A stretch of DNA of 64,000 bases, from contig JAYTPA010000109.1 of NCBI GenBank assembly GCA_043747495.1, positions 12,099 through 76,098 of the forward strand, written 5' to 3'. The notes under the pieces are model-generated. The model did not search any database and was not told the DNA's origin. It saw only the letters and a program-made list of their open reading frames with translations. Positions 20,860-29,838 of this stretch are shown in pieces (the first letter of the stretch is position 1; the number at the start of each line of letters is the position of its first letter). The stretch is from Bdellovibrio sp. GTDB taxonomy: Bacteria > Bdellovibrionota > Bdellovibrionia > Bdellovibrionales > Bdellovibrionaceae. Both the position numbers and the translations under genes were made by a program.

Positions 20860-21618
20860 ATGAAAAACAAAAAATTTATCCTACAGACACTATTGATAGT
20901 AACTCTTCTGTCTTCTTGCGCTGATAACAAACTGTCAACCGACGTAGCTTCACTAGCTAGTGGTGGATTACAAGGTGGCCAATCTACTGACCAACCAACA
21001 GCACCATCAATCGATCAAGTTGACATGAAAAGTTACGTCGATGATTCAAGTAATAAGCTAAGCGGACTTAACGGAGCCCTTGGATTTGATATAGATAAAG
21101 TTCGTGGTGAATTCATTATAATGGTTCCGATGCCATCTGGTTTAGTTTTTACTCCATCAGGTAGTTTTTCAAAATACCCTGATATCACATTTAGCCCTGT
21201 TTTTGATGCTACTGGTAAAGTCAAAGTAGCTGTCAGAGTTCCGGTAAAATATGTACTTAAAGGGACTTCATTTATAGCACCGTCACGATTGCCAAATGGT
21301 GATCCATTACCTGCTATGCCAGCTGGTCAAGGCGAATTACCGAGTTTAGCTTTAAGTTTTCCACAGAATAACAACACGCAGATCAATCTTTACATTGGTA
21401 TAAATGCTTTAGGACTTCTAGTGTCACTGCCTAATAGCGCAGCATTACCCTTGCCGATCAACATCACAGTCCCTCTTAAAAACAGAGATAAAACGAAAAC
21501 TTTTGGATATTTGACTTACGTGAATGGGAAAAACGGTTTCCCGCCTGGACTGTTTATATCAACTGGCGTTCCAAATAGCGTTGCGCGCATTTTAGAAGAC
21601 CACTTTGGTCTTAACTAA
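20860..21618 (+). CDS. Hypothetical lipoprotein
   Basis: MKNKKF..LLSSC lipobox; SD GAGGTG supports ATG 20860 over TTG 20827. Confidence 0.75.
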   Translation: MKNKKFILQTLLIVTLLSSCADNKLSTDVASLASGGLQGGQSTDQPTAPSIDQVDMKSYVDDSSNKLSGLNGALGFDIDKVRGEFIIMVPMPSGLVFTPSGSFSKYPDITFSPVFDATGKVKVAVRVPVKYVLKGTSFIAPSRLPNGDPLPAMPAGQGELPSLALSFPQNNNTQINLYIGINALGLLVSLPNSAALPLPINITVPLKNRDKTKTFGYLTYVNGKNGFPPGLFISTGVPNSVARILEDHFGLN

Positions 21619-21671
21619 AACTTAAAGAACTGTAGTCTAGATCCCCTATTACAAAAAATCTTTTTAGACCA

Positions 21672-21711
21672 TGTGCGAGAGTGACATCCAACTCTTGCAC
21701 AGTCATTTTTT
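21672..21711 (+). terminator. Possible terminator after the lipoprotein gene
   Basis: TGTGCGAGAGT/ACTCTTGCACA stem (one G-U), then GTCATTTTTT. Confidence 0.45.
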
Positions 21712-21775
21712 AGTCTATAATCTATGTCAGTATTCAATTTTAATTAAAACTCAATAATTAACAGGAGACAGTTAT

Positions 21776-22306
21776 ATGGCAAAAAAGACCGCTAAAAAAA
21801 CAGCGAAAAAAGGTATAAAAAAACCTGCTAAGAAAGCAGTAAAAAAATCTGCTACAAAAGCAAAACCTGCTAAGAAGGCTGCTAAAAAATCTAAGCCCGC
21901 AAAAAAAGTAGTCGCTAAAAAAATTACGGCAAAAAAAGTTACGAAAAAAGCTGCTCCTAAAAAAGCCAAAACTGTAAAAAAAGTAGTTGCTAAAAAGCCC
22001 GCGGCAAAAAAAGCGAAACCATCTAAAAAAGACGTTAAAAAATTAATCGCCGCTGCTGCTGCAGTACCGGTTCAATCATCTTTTGATGATATTGACGGTG
22101 AATTTGAGTTAGACGCAGTTATTGAAGTTGATGGCGAAGACGCTTTAGAAGATGCTGATGGTTACGAAGAAGACGCTGCTGAATTCGAAACTTTAGAAGA
22201 TGAGACAGCTGAAGAAGATATGGAAGAAGACATGGAAGAAGATGCTGCTGACAAATTTAAAAAAGTCGAAGAGGAAGAAGAAGATGATGACGAAGGTTAC
22301 ATCTAG
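21776..22306 (+). CDS. Histone H1-like Lys/Ala-rich protein with acidic C-terminal half
   Basis: Repeated KKPAKK/AKK units followed by a D/E-rich tail; SD CAGGAG; own terminator. Confidence 0.8.
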   Translation: MAKKTAKKTAKKGIKKPAKKAVKKSATKAKPAKKAAKKSKPAKKVVAKKITAKKVTKKAAPKKAKTVKKVVAKKPAAKKAKPSKKDVKKLIAAAAAVPVQSSFDDIDGEFELDAVIEVDGEDALEDADGYEEDAAEFETLEDETAEEDMEEDMEEDAADKFKKVEEEEEDDDEGYI

Positions 22307-22332
22307 ATTTTAGATTTTTCTTTATAAATAAT

Positions 22333-22363
22333 AAAAAAGGAGAGTGAAAACTCTCCTTTTTTT
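22333..22363. terminator. Bidirectional terminator
   Basis: AAAAAAGGAGAGT-gaaa-ACTCTCCTTTTTTT between convergent genes. Confidence 0.92.
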
Positions 22364-22387
22364 ATTTTCTTAACTAATCAGCTAAAA

Positions 22388-22780
22388 TTAATCCGCACAT
22401 ACCAAATATATTTTTTTAGAAATTAACGGAAATGTATCCGCGTAGTTTAAACCGACTTGAATAGCACGATCCTGGATTTTTGTAATAACTTGTCCGGATT
22501 TTTTATCGACAGCAACAACTGCGTGACATGGATGTTCTGTTTCAAACTGAACAACACCCGTTTGATTAGCATATGACATATAAGATACGTATTCTTTAAT
22601 AACAACATAGCTATTTTCAGTTTCTTGTTTAAGGCTAATTTTTTCGCCTGTACTAAAACCTTGAGCTGCAAGATGGTTATTTGCGATAGCAATAGCTTGA
22701 TTCGCTGTCACCGCAAAAACAACTGTAGAAAATAAACTGATAGCTAACACTGCTACACAAGATAAAATAATGTTTTTCAT
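22388..22780 (-). CDS. Small secreted hypothetical protein
   Basis: SD CAGGAG, ATG 22780, signal peptide ending VFA; PepSY-like start (VTANQAIAIA); two Cys in the mature part. Confidence 0.7.
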   Translation of the reverse strand: MKNIILSCVAVLAISLFSTVVFAVTANQAIAIANNHLAAQGFSTGEKISLKQETENSYVVIKEYVSYMSYANQTGVVQFETEHPCHAVVAVDKKSGQVITKIQDRAIQVGLNYADTFPLISKKIYLVCAD

Positions 22781-22920
22781 AAAAATCTCCTGAAATAATA
22801 TCCTAAATACAGTTTTTTGGTAAAATATTAAACAAACACAATCCACCGACGTCCATTATTTGTGTTTGCTTATTTTTCTGCTAACGTACCGCTTGAACCA
22901 ACGTGCTGTATTCTTTAAAA

Positions 22921-24003
22921 TTAAACGTCTTCTTTAACTGGTTTTGTGTGAACTGCATACTTTTCAAATTCACCGTATTCATGAAGTTTGTTGTATAAAG
23001 TTTTAATTGTAATACCTAAACCTTGTGCTGCTTGCGTTTTGTTTCCACCATAATGTGCTAAGGCTTTAATAATATATTTCTTTTCAAGTTCGTATAATGG
23101 CGTAGCAGGATCGAAATCCGAACCTTCATCTTTTTTCTCTGGGTTACGAACTGTATCTGGAAGATCATTAACCATAACCATGTGACCTTCAGATAAAATC
23201 TGTAAACGTTCGCAGATGTTTTGTAATTCACGAATATTTCCTGGCCATTCGTATTTAACTAATACTTTTAAAGCTTCTTCATCAATCGTTTTACCACGAT
23301 TTAAATAGGTGTGACCTTGTGAAAGAAAATGCTGGATAAGAACTGGAATATCTTCTTTGCGGCGTCTTAATGGAGGAGCGCTGATTACGATTGTATTAAT
23401 ACGGTAAAATAAGTCTTCACGGAAATTTCCACGTGTGACTTCTTGATCTAATTCACGATTTGTTGCGCACACTAAACGAATATCAACTTTGATTGACTCT
23501 TTACCACCAACACGGAACATTTCACCTTCTTGGATAAAACGTAAAAGTTTAGATTGGATAGACAAAGGCAATTCCCCGATTTCATCTAGGAATAAAGTCC
23601 CACCGTTAGCGGCTTCGGCTAAACCAATTTTTTTATTATATGCCCCTGTGAATGATCCTTTTTCATGCCCGAATAATTCTGATTCAAGTAACGTTTCACG
23701 TAAAGCACCACAGTTAATAGCCACAAAAGGTTTATTTTTACGATTTGATTTTTCATGAACTGCACGGGCGATTAATTCTTTACCAGTTCCTGATTCACCA
23801 AGAATTAAAATGTTAGCTTGCGAAGGAGAAACTCTTTCGATCATTTTCATCAACTGAGCCATAATATCTGATTTGTAGATGATCGTTTTAGTATCTACGG
23901 CTTTTTGCATCGGTTGTTGAGTTTGACCCCAGTTCATTTGCGGTTGAGAAATAGAACTTGGAAGAACAGTTGTTGCTTGAGAGTCTGAAGACATACGTAC
24001 CAC
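22921..24003 (-). CDS. sigma54-dependent transcriptional activator (AAA+-Fis HTH, no receiver domain)
   Basis: GESGTGKE, ESELFGHEKGSFTGA, LFLDEIGE, FREDLFYR, WPGNIRELQN, HTH GITIKTLYNKL. Confidence 0.95.
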   Translation of the reverse strand: MVRMSSDSQATTVLPSSISQPQMNWGQTQQPMQKAVDTKTIIYKSDIMAQLMKMIERVSPSQANILILGESGTGKELIARAVHEKSNRKNKPFVAINCGALRETLLESELFGHEKGSFTGAYNKKIGLAEAANGGTLFLDEIGELPLSIQSKLLRFIQEGEMFRVGGKESIKVDIRLVCATNRELDQEVTRGNFREDLFYRINTIVISAPPLRRRKEDIPVLIQHFLSQGHTYLNRGKTIDEEALKVLVKYEWPGNIRELQNICERLQILSEGHMVMVNDLPDTVRNPEKKDEGSDFDPATPLYELEKKYIIKALAHYGGNKTQAAQGLGITIKTLYNKLHEYGEFEKYAVHTKPVKEDV

Positions 24004-24183
24004 CTTAGGTTTGTTTAATTTTTAATCAAATTACAGCGTCGGAGATCTTGATCTCATTTTGATACGCCGCGTTGTTTGAGTAATATAACCAAGGTCGTGT
24101 AGAAAATGCAAGAAAAATATTGCATTGCATTATAATAATTTTAGGACCCCCCTATAATGTTTAATACATATACAATGGTATAT

Positions 24184-25122
24184 ATGACCCATTCATTGAC
24201 CCAACAAATAGATAAGTTCTTGAAATTTCAACAGAATATTAAATCCTGTTCCGAGCACACTTTGCGGGCCTACCGCCTAGATCTATCACAAGCCTTTAAA
24301 ATGACAGCCTCAGTAAACAAAAAATTGACTAGCAATGTAATCCAAATATCTGACTTTAAGCATTTGCGGTTTAGCTCAAGCCAAGAACTTTGGCTGATGT
24401 GCCGCGAGTCCTTAAGCCAATGGGGACATCTGTCTTTAGCCAGTCGTAATCGAAAAATTGCCACTTTAAAAAGCTTTTTCAATTGGATGTATGACGAAAA
24501 AATCATTGATAAAAACTACGCCGATCAATTGATATGTCCAAAAGTTCCCAAGAAAATACCACATTTTATTTCAGTCGACGAAGTTATTTCTGTTATTAAA
24601 TATCTATCTGATGCTAGCCAAAAAAACCAATCTACGTTAGCACAGTACGTTTTATTTGTTTTACTTTATGGCGGAGGACTTCGTATTAGCGAAGCCTGCA
24701 ATCTTAAATGGAAAAATATTGATTTAGATGCACGAAAAATACTTGTTCTAGGAAAAGGAAATAAAGAACGTTATATTTCTCTTCCTCAATTTTGTATCGA
24801 TATACTTATACAATATAAAAATATAGAAAAAACTGAATTCGTATTTGGACAAGACGCCATGTCGACACGCAAAGGTTACGAACTTATTCGCCAAGCAGGT
24901 GCAGGTGCTTCATTGATGTCTCCGCTGCACCCCCATTCACTACGCCACAGTTACGCTACACACATGTTAGCCAGCGGTGCGAACTTGCGAACGCTGCAGT
25001 CATTACTAGGCCATGAAAGCTTACAAGCTACAGAAAAATATACGCATTTAAATATTGATTCATTAGCCAGATTAGTTGAAGCCAATCATCCGTTATCTAA
25101 GAAATCAAATATCAAACGGTAG
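24184..25122 (+). CDS. xerC: Tyrosine recombinase XerC-like
   Basis: Catalytic set GLRISE, GKGNKER, HSLRHSYATH, LLGH, TEKYTH; N-terminal SEHTLRAY..DL; start likely ATG 24184. Confidence 0.85.
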   Translation: MTHSLTQQIDKFLKFQQNIKSCSEHTLRAYRLDLSQAFKMTASVNKKLTSNVIQISDFKHLRFSSSQELWLMCRESLSQWGHLSLASRNRKIATLKSFFNWMYDEKIIDKNYADQLICPKVPKKIPHFISVDEVISVIKYLSDASQKNQSTLAQYVLFVLLYGGGLRISEACNLKWKNIDLDARKILVLGKGNKERYISLPQFCIDILIQYKNIEKTEFVFGQDAMSTRKGYELIRQAGAGASLMSPLHPHSLRHSYATHMLASGANLRTLQSLLGHESLQATEKYTHLNIDSLARLVEANHPLSKKSNIKR

Positions 25123-25720
25123 CGTTTTTAATATAATGTAGAACTTGTGACTCAAGCGAATGCATATAGGTTTCTACGCTATCGCTGACTTCGGGCATTT
25201 CATCTAATAAATGAGATTCAGAAATATTTACTTTTAAAAAAGGGGCCATCCAATCATCAACTGTAATCACCCCTTGCTGAAATAAAAGCTTCAAACAAAA
25301 GTGTAATTTATAGCGATCAAGATTTTTGACTTCACCTAAATTTTTCAATGTATGGCCTAATAGATTAAATAAAAAATGAGAATCAAAATCACCTTCTTGC
25401 GAAACATGATAAACACAGTTTAGTGAAAACAAAGCAAATTCTAATTTGTCATAATCTGTACGGATCGATTTAAAATCATCTAATAACTGGGCTTCATTCA
25501 AAACATTTAATTGGTCCTCTGACTTCCCAGCTTTGTAAGTCAACTTTACAAAATGTGAAGGCTCAAGAACCCCGCCACCGAATCTTTTTTTACTTTTAAG
25601 AGCAGCACGTGCAATAAATGATTTTTTTGTGCCTGCCGATGACAAGGCATGAATGATTAGATCAGCTTCACCATATTTCATTTTTTTTAATATAATAAAT
25701 CGATCTTGTAATTCAGACAT
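25112..25720 (-). CDS. recO: DNA repair protein RecO
   Basis: ILKKMKYGEADLII, ARAALKSKKRFGG.LEP. Confidence 0.93.
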   Translation of the reverse strand: MSELQDRFIILKKMKYGEADLIIHALSSAGTKKSFIARAALKSKKRFGGGVLEPSHFVKLTYKAGKSEDQLNVLNEAQLLDDFKSIRTDYDKLEFALFSLNCVYHVSQEGDFDSHFLFNLLGHTLKNLGEVKNLDRYKLHFCLKLLFQQGVITVDDWMAPFLKVNISESHLLDEMPEVSDSVETYMHSLESQVLHYIKNATV

Positions 25721-25726
25721 TAACCT

Positions 25727-26689
25727 TTAAATAGACCATTCCGATTGTTCGGTCAATTGATCGTGATTTTTCTCTAACTTTTGAATAAATGAATCGTTCA
25801 CATTGGCCTTACGAGCAATAACTAGCAACCCACGTAAAAGATCTTTCTGCTTAGCTTCAGGCCACCAGTTAGCAAACTGTTCTATTACCCAAGACGGTAA
25901 ATCACTGGCGGCGAAAGCCTCTTGATCATTTAAATTTAAAATACTTTTCAAAGCTGATCCCGAAACTGTTTTTGAATAAATCACTATTCGGTCATTCAGC
26001 TGACCCAAACCTGATGCAAATTTAGAAAAGTAATTAAGATTATTTTTTTCAAAAAATGAATCACTGGTTTTAACAGAATAGGGTTTTATAAGGCCCTGGC
26101 AAAGATCAGCTTTAATTTCTTGAAAGTGTCCAACTAATGGCGGCGTCTTTAATTTATCAGTTGTGAGCACTAAGCTGTAGCCTGAATGAAACAACCCGCC
26201 TGCAATCACTAATATGGCATAGGGGTTTAATTTCAAAGTTTCAATATCACTTTCATCAAAATAGCTTTTTATTTCAATCGAATAAATTCTTTTTGCTGAA
26301 AGTGTTTTATGAATTTCTTGTCTAGACGATGCTGACATTAAAATTTCGCCAGTGATTTCGTTTTCTGCTGACCATAATGTGAAATTCATTTCATGATCAA
26401 AAGAATTTAAAAACTGTAAATTTGTTTCGTTCTCTTTTTTCAAACTGATCGGCGTTTGTAATCGATAAAAATGGGGCAACAAAGAATCTGGCAAACTGCT
26501 ACCTTGTCTGATAATTGAAATTTTAGGTTTATGTGCTAAAAAGTGAACTAAACCAAAACAAATATCATGAACGGCCATATACGAGTTCACATAGACTTTG
26601 GCTTGCAAATTAGCCTGTGAAATTAAAGCTATCTGGTCAGATAGGGTTTTATTCGTTTTTTGATAGTTTTCAAAAAGTAGATAGTCCAT
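25727..26689 (-). CDS. Hypothetical protein, possible degenerate class V aminotransferase/NifS-like fold
   Basis: WSAENEITGEI echoes NifS NNETG; no SxHK PLP-lysine motif visible. Confidence 0.45.
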   Translation of the reverse strand: MDYLLFENYQKTNKTLSDQIALISQANLQAKVYVNSYMAVHDICFGLVHFLAHKPKISIIRQGSSLPDSLLPHFYRLQTPISLKKENETNLQFLNSFDHEMNFTLWSAENEITGEILMSASSRQEIHKTLSAKRIYSIEIKSYFDESDIETLKLNPYAILVIAGGLFHSGYSLVLTTDKLKTPPLVGHFQEIKADLCQGLIKPYSVKTSDSFFEKNNLNYFSKFASGLGQLNDRIVIYSKTVSGSALKSILNLNDQEAFAASDLPSWVIEQFANWWPEAKQKDLLRGLLVIARKANVNDSFIQKLEKNHDQLTEQSEWSI

Positions 26690-26825
26690 AGGCCTATTTC
26701 AAACCGATTTTTTTTCTTTATATATCTCTAAATCTGAAATGAGTTTTAAACACGACATTCGTCCAATACTCAGTAACATAAAACAATGGAATACTAATGA
26801 AGTCTTAAAACACGAGGAGATATCA

Positions 26826-27437
26826 ATGAAAAAACTATTGTTAATTATTTTAATGTTACCTATGAGTTCTTGGGCTTTAGTAACTGCACGCCTAACTTAC
26901 GGCGGCTTAGTATCTAAAGACGCTTTGAAGGCAGCCTGTGAGGGCACAGCTTGCGCAGGGCAAACACCTTCAATGGTCCCTTTATATGGATTGGGCGGCG
27001 ATGTGATCATTAGCCTTCCACTTATTCCTTTTGGCTTCGGTGTTCGTTATGAAAATTTAGGCCTAGATGCAACAAGTGGATCTATTGCAGGTGATGCAGA
27101 ATTAAAAAGAACAGCTGTGTTAATCAACTACCGTTTCATCGATACAATCATTCATTTCGGTTTAATCGGATCATACGGCTTAAGCCATGATGCAAGCCTT
27201 ATCGTAAAAAATAACGGTGCTGATGTTGTTAACTACGGTGATGGCGATGTAAAAACCTATTCATTAGGTTTAGAATTAGAAGTAAAACCTTTAATCGTTT
27301 TACCATTAGTTGTTGGCGCAGAAGCTGGTTACATGTCAGCTAAATGGGATAACGCTAAAAACAATTTGAATGCGACTACAAAAAATTTAGATTTAAGTGG
27401 TACTTATATCAAAGTTCTATTGGGTTTAGATTTTTAA
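26826..27437 (+). CDS. Outer-membrane beta-barrel protein
   Basis: SD GAGGAG before ATG 26826, signal peptide ending SWA, amphipathic strands, C-terminal LGLDF. Confidence 0.75.
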   Translation: MKKLLLIILMLPMSSWALVTARLTYGGLVSKDALKAACEGTACAGQTPSMVPLYGLGGDVIISLPLIPFGFGVRYENLGLDATSGSIAGDAELKRTAVLINYRFIDTIIHFGLIGSYGLSHDASLIVKNNGADVVNYGDGDVKTYSLGLELEVKPLIVLPLVVGAEAGYMSAKWDNAKNNLNATTKNLDLSGTYIKVLLGLDF

Positions 27438-27467
27438 TTAGTTTTTTAAGAAAAGTTTGATCAAAAT

Positions 27468-27502
27468 AAAAAAGCTCTGAAGAACATTCAGAGCTTTTTT
27501 TT
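27468..27502. terminator. Bidirectional terminator
   Basis: AAAAAAGCTCTGAA-gaaca-TTCAGAGCTTTTTTTT between convergent genes. Confidence 0.9.
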
Positions 27503-27524
27503 GTATTTTAAGACTATTTAAATA

Positions 27525-27857
27525 TTAATCACGAGCCAAAGACGATTTTAAAAATGAACATGTATGAGTGTCTTTGTCATAAGTTAACTCAACAGTTAAT
27601 TCAGCAGCACCCGCTGACATAACATACGAATAGATAGTATCCATTGACTGTGTTGCTTCGTTTTTAACTTTGTATGAGCTTATAACAGTATCAACGTCAA
27701 ACTTGCGTGAATTACCTTCAGTTTTACCAACAGACTCTGCTATATCTACAACTTTTAAAACACAATTCATGTTACTAGCAGCATCTACACTAGAATCTTT
27801 AGCAAACGAACTAACAGACATTAATAAAACAGCTGACATTAAAATAATTTTTTTCAT
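27525..27857 (-). CDS. Small secreted hypothetical protein (two Cys)
   Basis: SD AAGGAG, MKKII..SSFA signal peptide. Confidence 0.75.
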   Translation of the reverse strand: MKKIILMSAVLLMSVSSFAKDSSVDAASNMNCVLKVVDIAESVGKTEGNSRKFDVDTVISSYKVKNEATQSMDTIYSYVMSAGAAELTVELTYDKDTHTCSFLKSSLARD

Positions 27858-28066
27858 AAAATTCTCCTTTTAAAATATTCCATAAGATATCTATGCAAGG
27901 CTATGCCAGCGATTTTTAGTGTATATTTGTCTATATATAATACAAATTTAAACCACGTGATTAGACTAAGTTTAGAAAAATCAACAATTTAGCTTTAAAC
28001 TAACTATATATACTCAGAAGTGACATTTAAGGCTTACTTTAAGACCCTTAAAGTCTTTGTGTTGCT

Positions 28067-28109
28067 TTTTCATTCATATAGTGTAATATTAACACTATAT
28101 GAATGAAAA
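28067..28109. promoter_or_regulatory. 18-bp perfect inverted-repeat operator over the promoter and start codon
   Basis: TTTTCATTCATATAGTGT-aatatta-ACACTATATGAATGAAAA; overlaps TTGCTT (28062) / TAATAT (28084) and ATG 28099. Confidence 0.8.
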
Positions 28110-28638
28110 TCTCATACACGCCTTAAATAAACTAAATGAACTTCTAAAGGCTTCATCAACACGTTTAAGCCTAACTGTCTGCGGGGCTTTCGCTCTTTAT
28201 TTGCTTGGCTATCAACGTGTTCATCAAACTGAAGACATAGATACTCATGAAGAATTAAACTCTCAGGTCAAAAAACTAATCAAAGACATATCTATTGAAT
28301 TTGAACTCCAAGAAAAATGGCTTAATGATCAAATCTCAGATATTCAATTACCAATTGGCGCAGAAAAGCGATTCGTTCACTTAGACCGCTGGAGTCAAAT
28401 AGATTGTAAAATCTTATCACGTATAGACCTTATTGCTATGAAAGCATCTGCATGGATTAGTCGTCGCGACATAACTGATAAAGATTATAACGATTTAGTT
28501 TTATTGGAACCTATCAAAGCAGAAATTGAATTTGCAATCGAACATGCAGAGACATTCAACAGCCCTGATAGAAATCTTAAAAAGAATTATCAAGAATTTT
28601 TGGAGTCAGTCGATGAACTCAGAAAACTTGCAAAATAA
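28099..28638 (+). CDS. DUF6036/AbiEii-like nucleotidyltransferase (pol-beta superfamily)
   Basis: VCGAFAL...R...TEDID (GG/GS..DxD-type motif), WLND, DLIAMK, KD..DL. Confidence 0.8.
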   Translation: MNENLIHALNKLNELLKASSTRLSLTVCGAFALYLLGYQRVHQTEDIDTHEELNSQVKKLIKDISIEFELQEKWLNDQISDIQLPIGAEKRFVHLDRWSQIDCKILSRIDLIAMKASAWISRRDITDKDYNDLVLLEPIKAEIEFAIEHAETFNSPDRNLKKNYQEFLESVDELRKLAK

Positions 28639-29281
28639 TTTTTATAACTTGGCTTATTACTTTGGAATGCTTGTCTTTAATGATAAATCCAAATTAGTTG
28701 ATCATGAAAAATATCACGACTTAGAAGTTTTTTTCTTAAATGCCACCTACTACGCTAGGTCCCCGCGCTTTATCGAAGGACTTATTGCATGGTCTATGAA
28801 ATTCGGATCTTATCTATCTCCTTCAAAGTTAAGACGTCTTATTAAAATGAAAACCTTGCACAACCCACAGGTTTTAGGCAGTTTACTAGATATCATCGAT
28901 AAAAAAAATAGTCGGGGTTCGTTTCGCATTGTTACTAAATTACTACAGCCTTTAAAAATAAAAGCAGGACTTACCCCTGAATCAAAAGTAGATCTAGTAC
29001 GAAAACCTTATCCTGAGTTTTACAATTGGGGGATCGTCATCCCGTATTATGAATGTAATGAAGATAAATACTTAAGACCCATAAGCTATTTAGTAAAAAA
29101 TTGCCTAGAAATTAAAAATAGAATTCTTATTGGATCTGCTGTTCATGCTGACCTAGTCACGATGCTACAAAAAAATAAAAACAATTTAAATAATCTAAAT
29201 GCGTATAGAGCAGCAAAGCTAATTTTCTCAGAAAGATCTAGTGTTAATAAGATCTATGACGATATCTTGCATGTGATTTAA
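28613..29281 (+). CDS. Hypothetical partner protein with possible C-terminal HTH (putative antitoxin/regulator)
   Basis: SD GGAG then ATG 28613, overlapping the NTase end by 26 nt; C-terminal NAYRAAKLIFSERSSVNKIY is HTH-like. Confidence 0.65.
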   Translation: MNSENLQNNFYNLAYYFGMLVFNDKSKLVDHEKYHDLEVFFLNATYYARSPRFIEGLIAWSMKFGSYLSPSKLRRLIKMKTLHNPQVLGSLLDIIDKKNSRGSFRIVTKLLQPLKIKAGLTPESKVDLVRKPYPEFYNWGIVIPYYECNEDKYLRPISYLVKNCLEIKNRILIGSAVHADLVTMLQKNKNNLNNLNAYRAAKLIFSERSSVNKIYDDILHVI

Positions 29282-29302
29282 TTTTACATATAAAGCCGGA
29301 AC

Positions 29303-29830
29303 CTAAATCCCCGCTTTATGTCTTTCTTGATCATCAACAACAGATTGAACTCCGCCTTTAAGATTTGCACGGTAAGCTAATTGCTTAATATCAAATGTAA
29401 AATTAGCGCCATTAACACCTGGTGTTTGCCACTCAGGGCCTAAACGGATTGCATCTACTGGGCAGGCCTCTTCACAGAAACCACAGTATACACAACGAAG
29501 CATATCGATTTCATAAGCGATCGGGTATTTTTCAACAGTTGGATCTGGATGTTCGCTAGCCGTGATTGTAATGCATTCTGCAGGACAATTCGTCGCACAT
29601 AACATACAAGCAGTACAACGGATCGATCCGTCTTTTTTCACTGTTAGAATATGATTCCCCTTGAAACGCGGTGAATATTCATATTTTTCTTCAGGGTAAT
29701 TAATCGTAATCATATCTTTTTTATTTAAAAGATTTTTGATCATGTGTTTCATTGTGATCGCTAAACCCGTCGCAATCCCCGGTAAATACCATTTACTTTT
29801 TTCTGAATTATTTTGCACAACTATAGACAT
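29303..29830 (-). CDS. nuoI: NADH-quinone oxidoreductase subunit I
   Basis: TINYPEE, CTACMLCATNCP and CVYCGFCEEACP ferredoxin motifs. Confidence 0.97.
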   Translation of the reverse strand: MSIVVQNNSEKSKWYLPGIATGLAITMKHMIKNLLNKKDMITINYPEEKYEYSPRFKGNHILTVKKDGSIRCTACMLCATNCPAECITITASEHPDPTVEKYPIAYEIDMLRCVYCGFCEEACPVDAIRLGPEWQTPGVNGANFTFDIKQLAYRANLKGGVQSVVDDQERHKAGI

Positions 29831-29838
29831 ATAATCCC

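Noticed and set aside
24184-25122. Prophage or integron integrase
   Set aside because: XerC-type size and motifs, housekeeping neighbours, no att sites, cassettes or phage genes; no dif-like site seen
27894-27908. sigma54-like TGGCAT..TTGCA upstream of the small secreted gene (minus strand)
   Set aside because: GG-to-GC spacing is one base shorter than the strict -24/-12 requirement
28526-28612. Long overlap or programmed frameshift fusing the NTase and its partner
   Set aside because: An SD (GGAG) and ATG at 28613 explain a simple coupled start; no frameshift evidence
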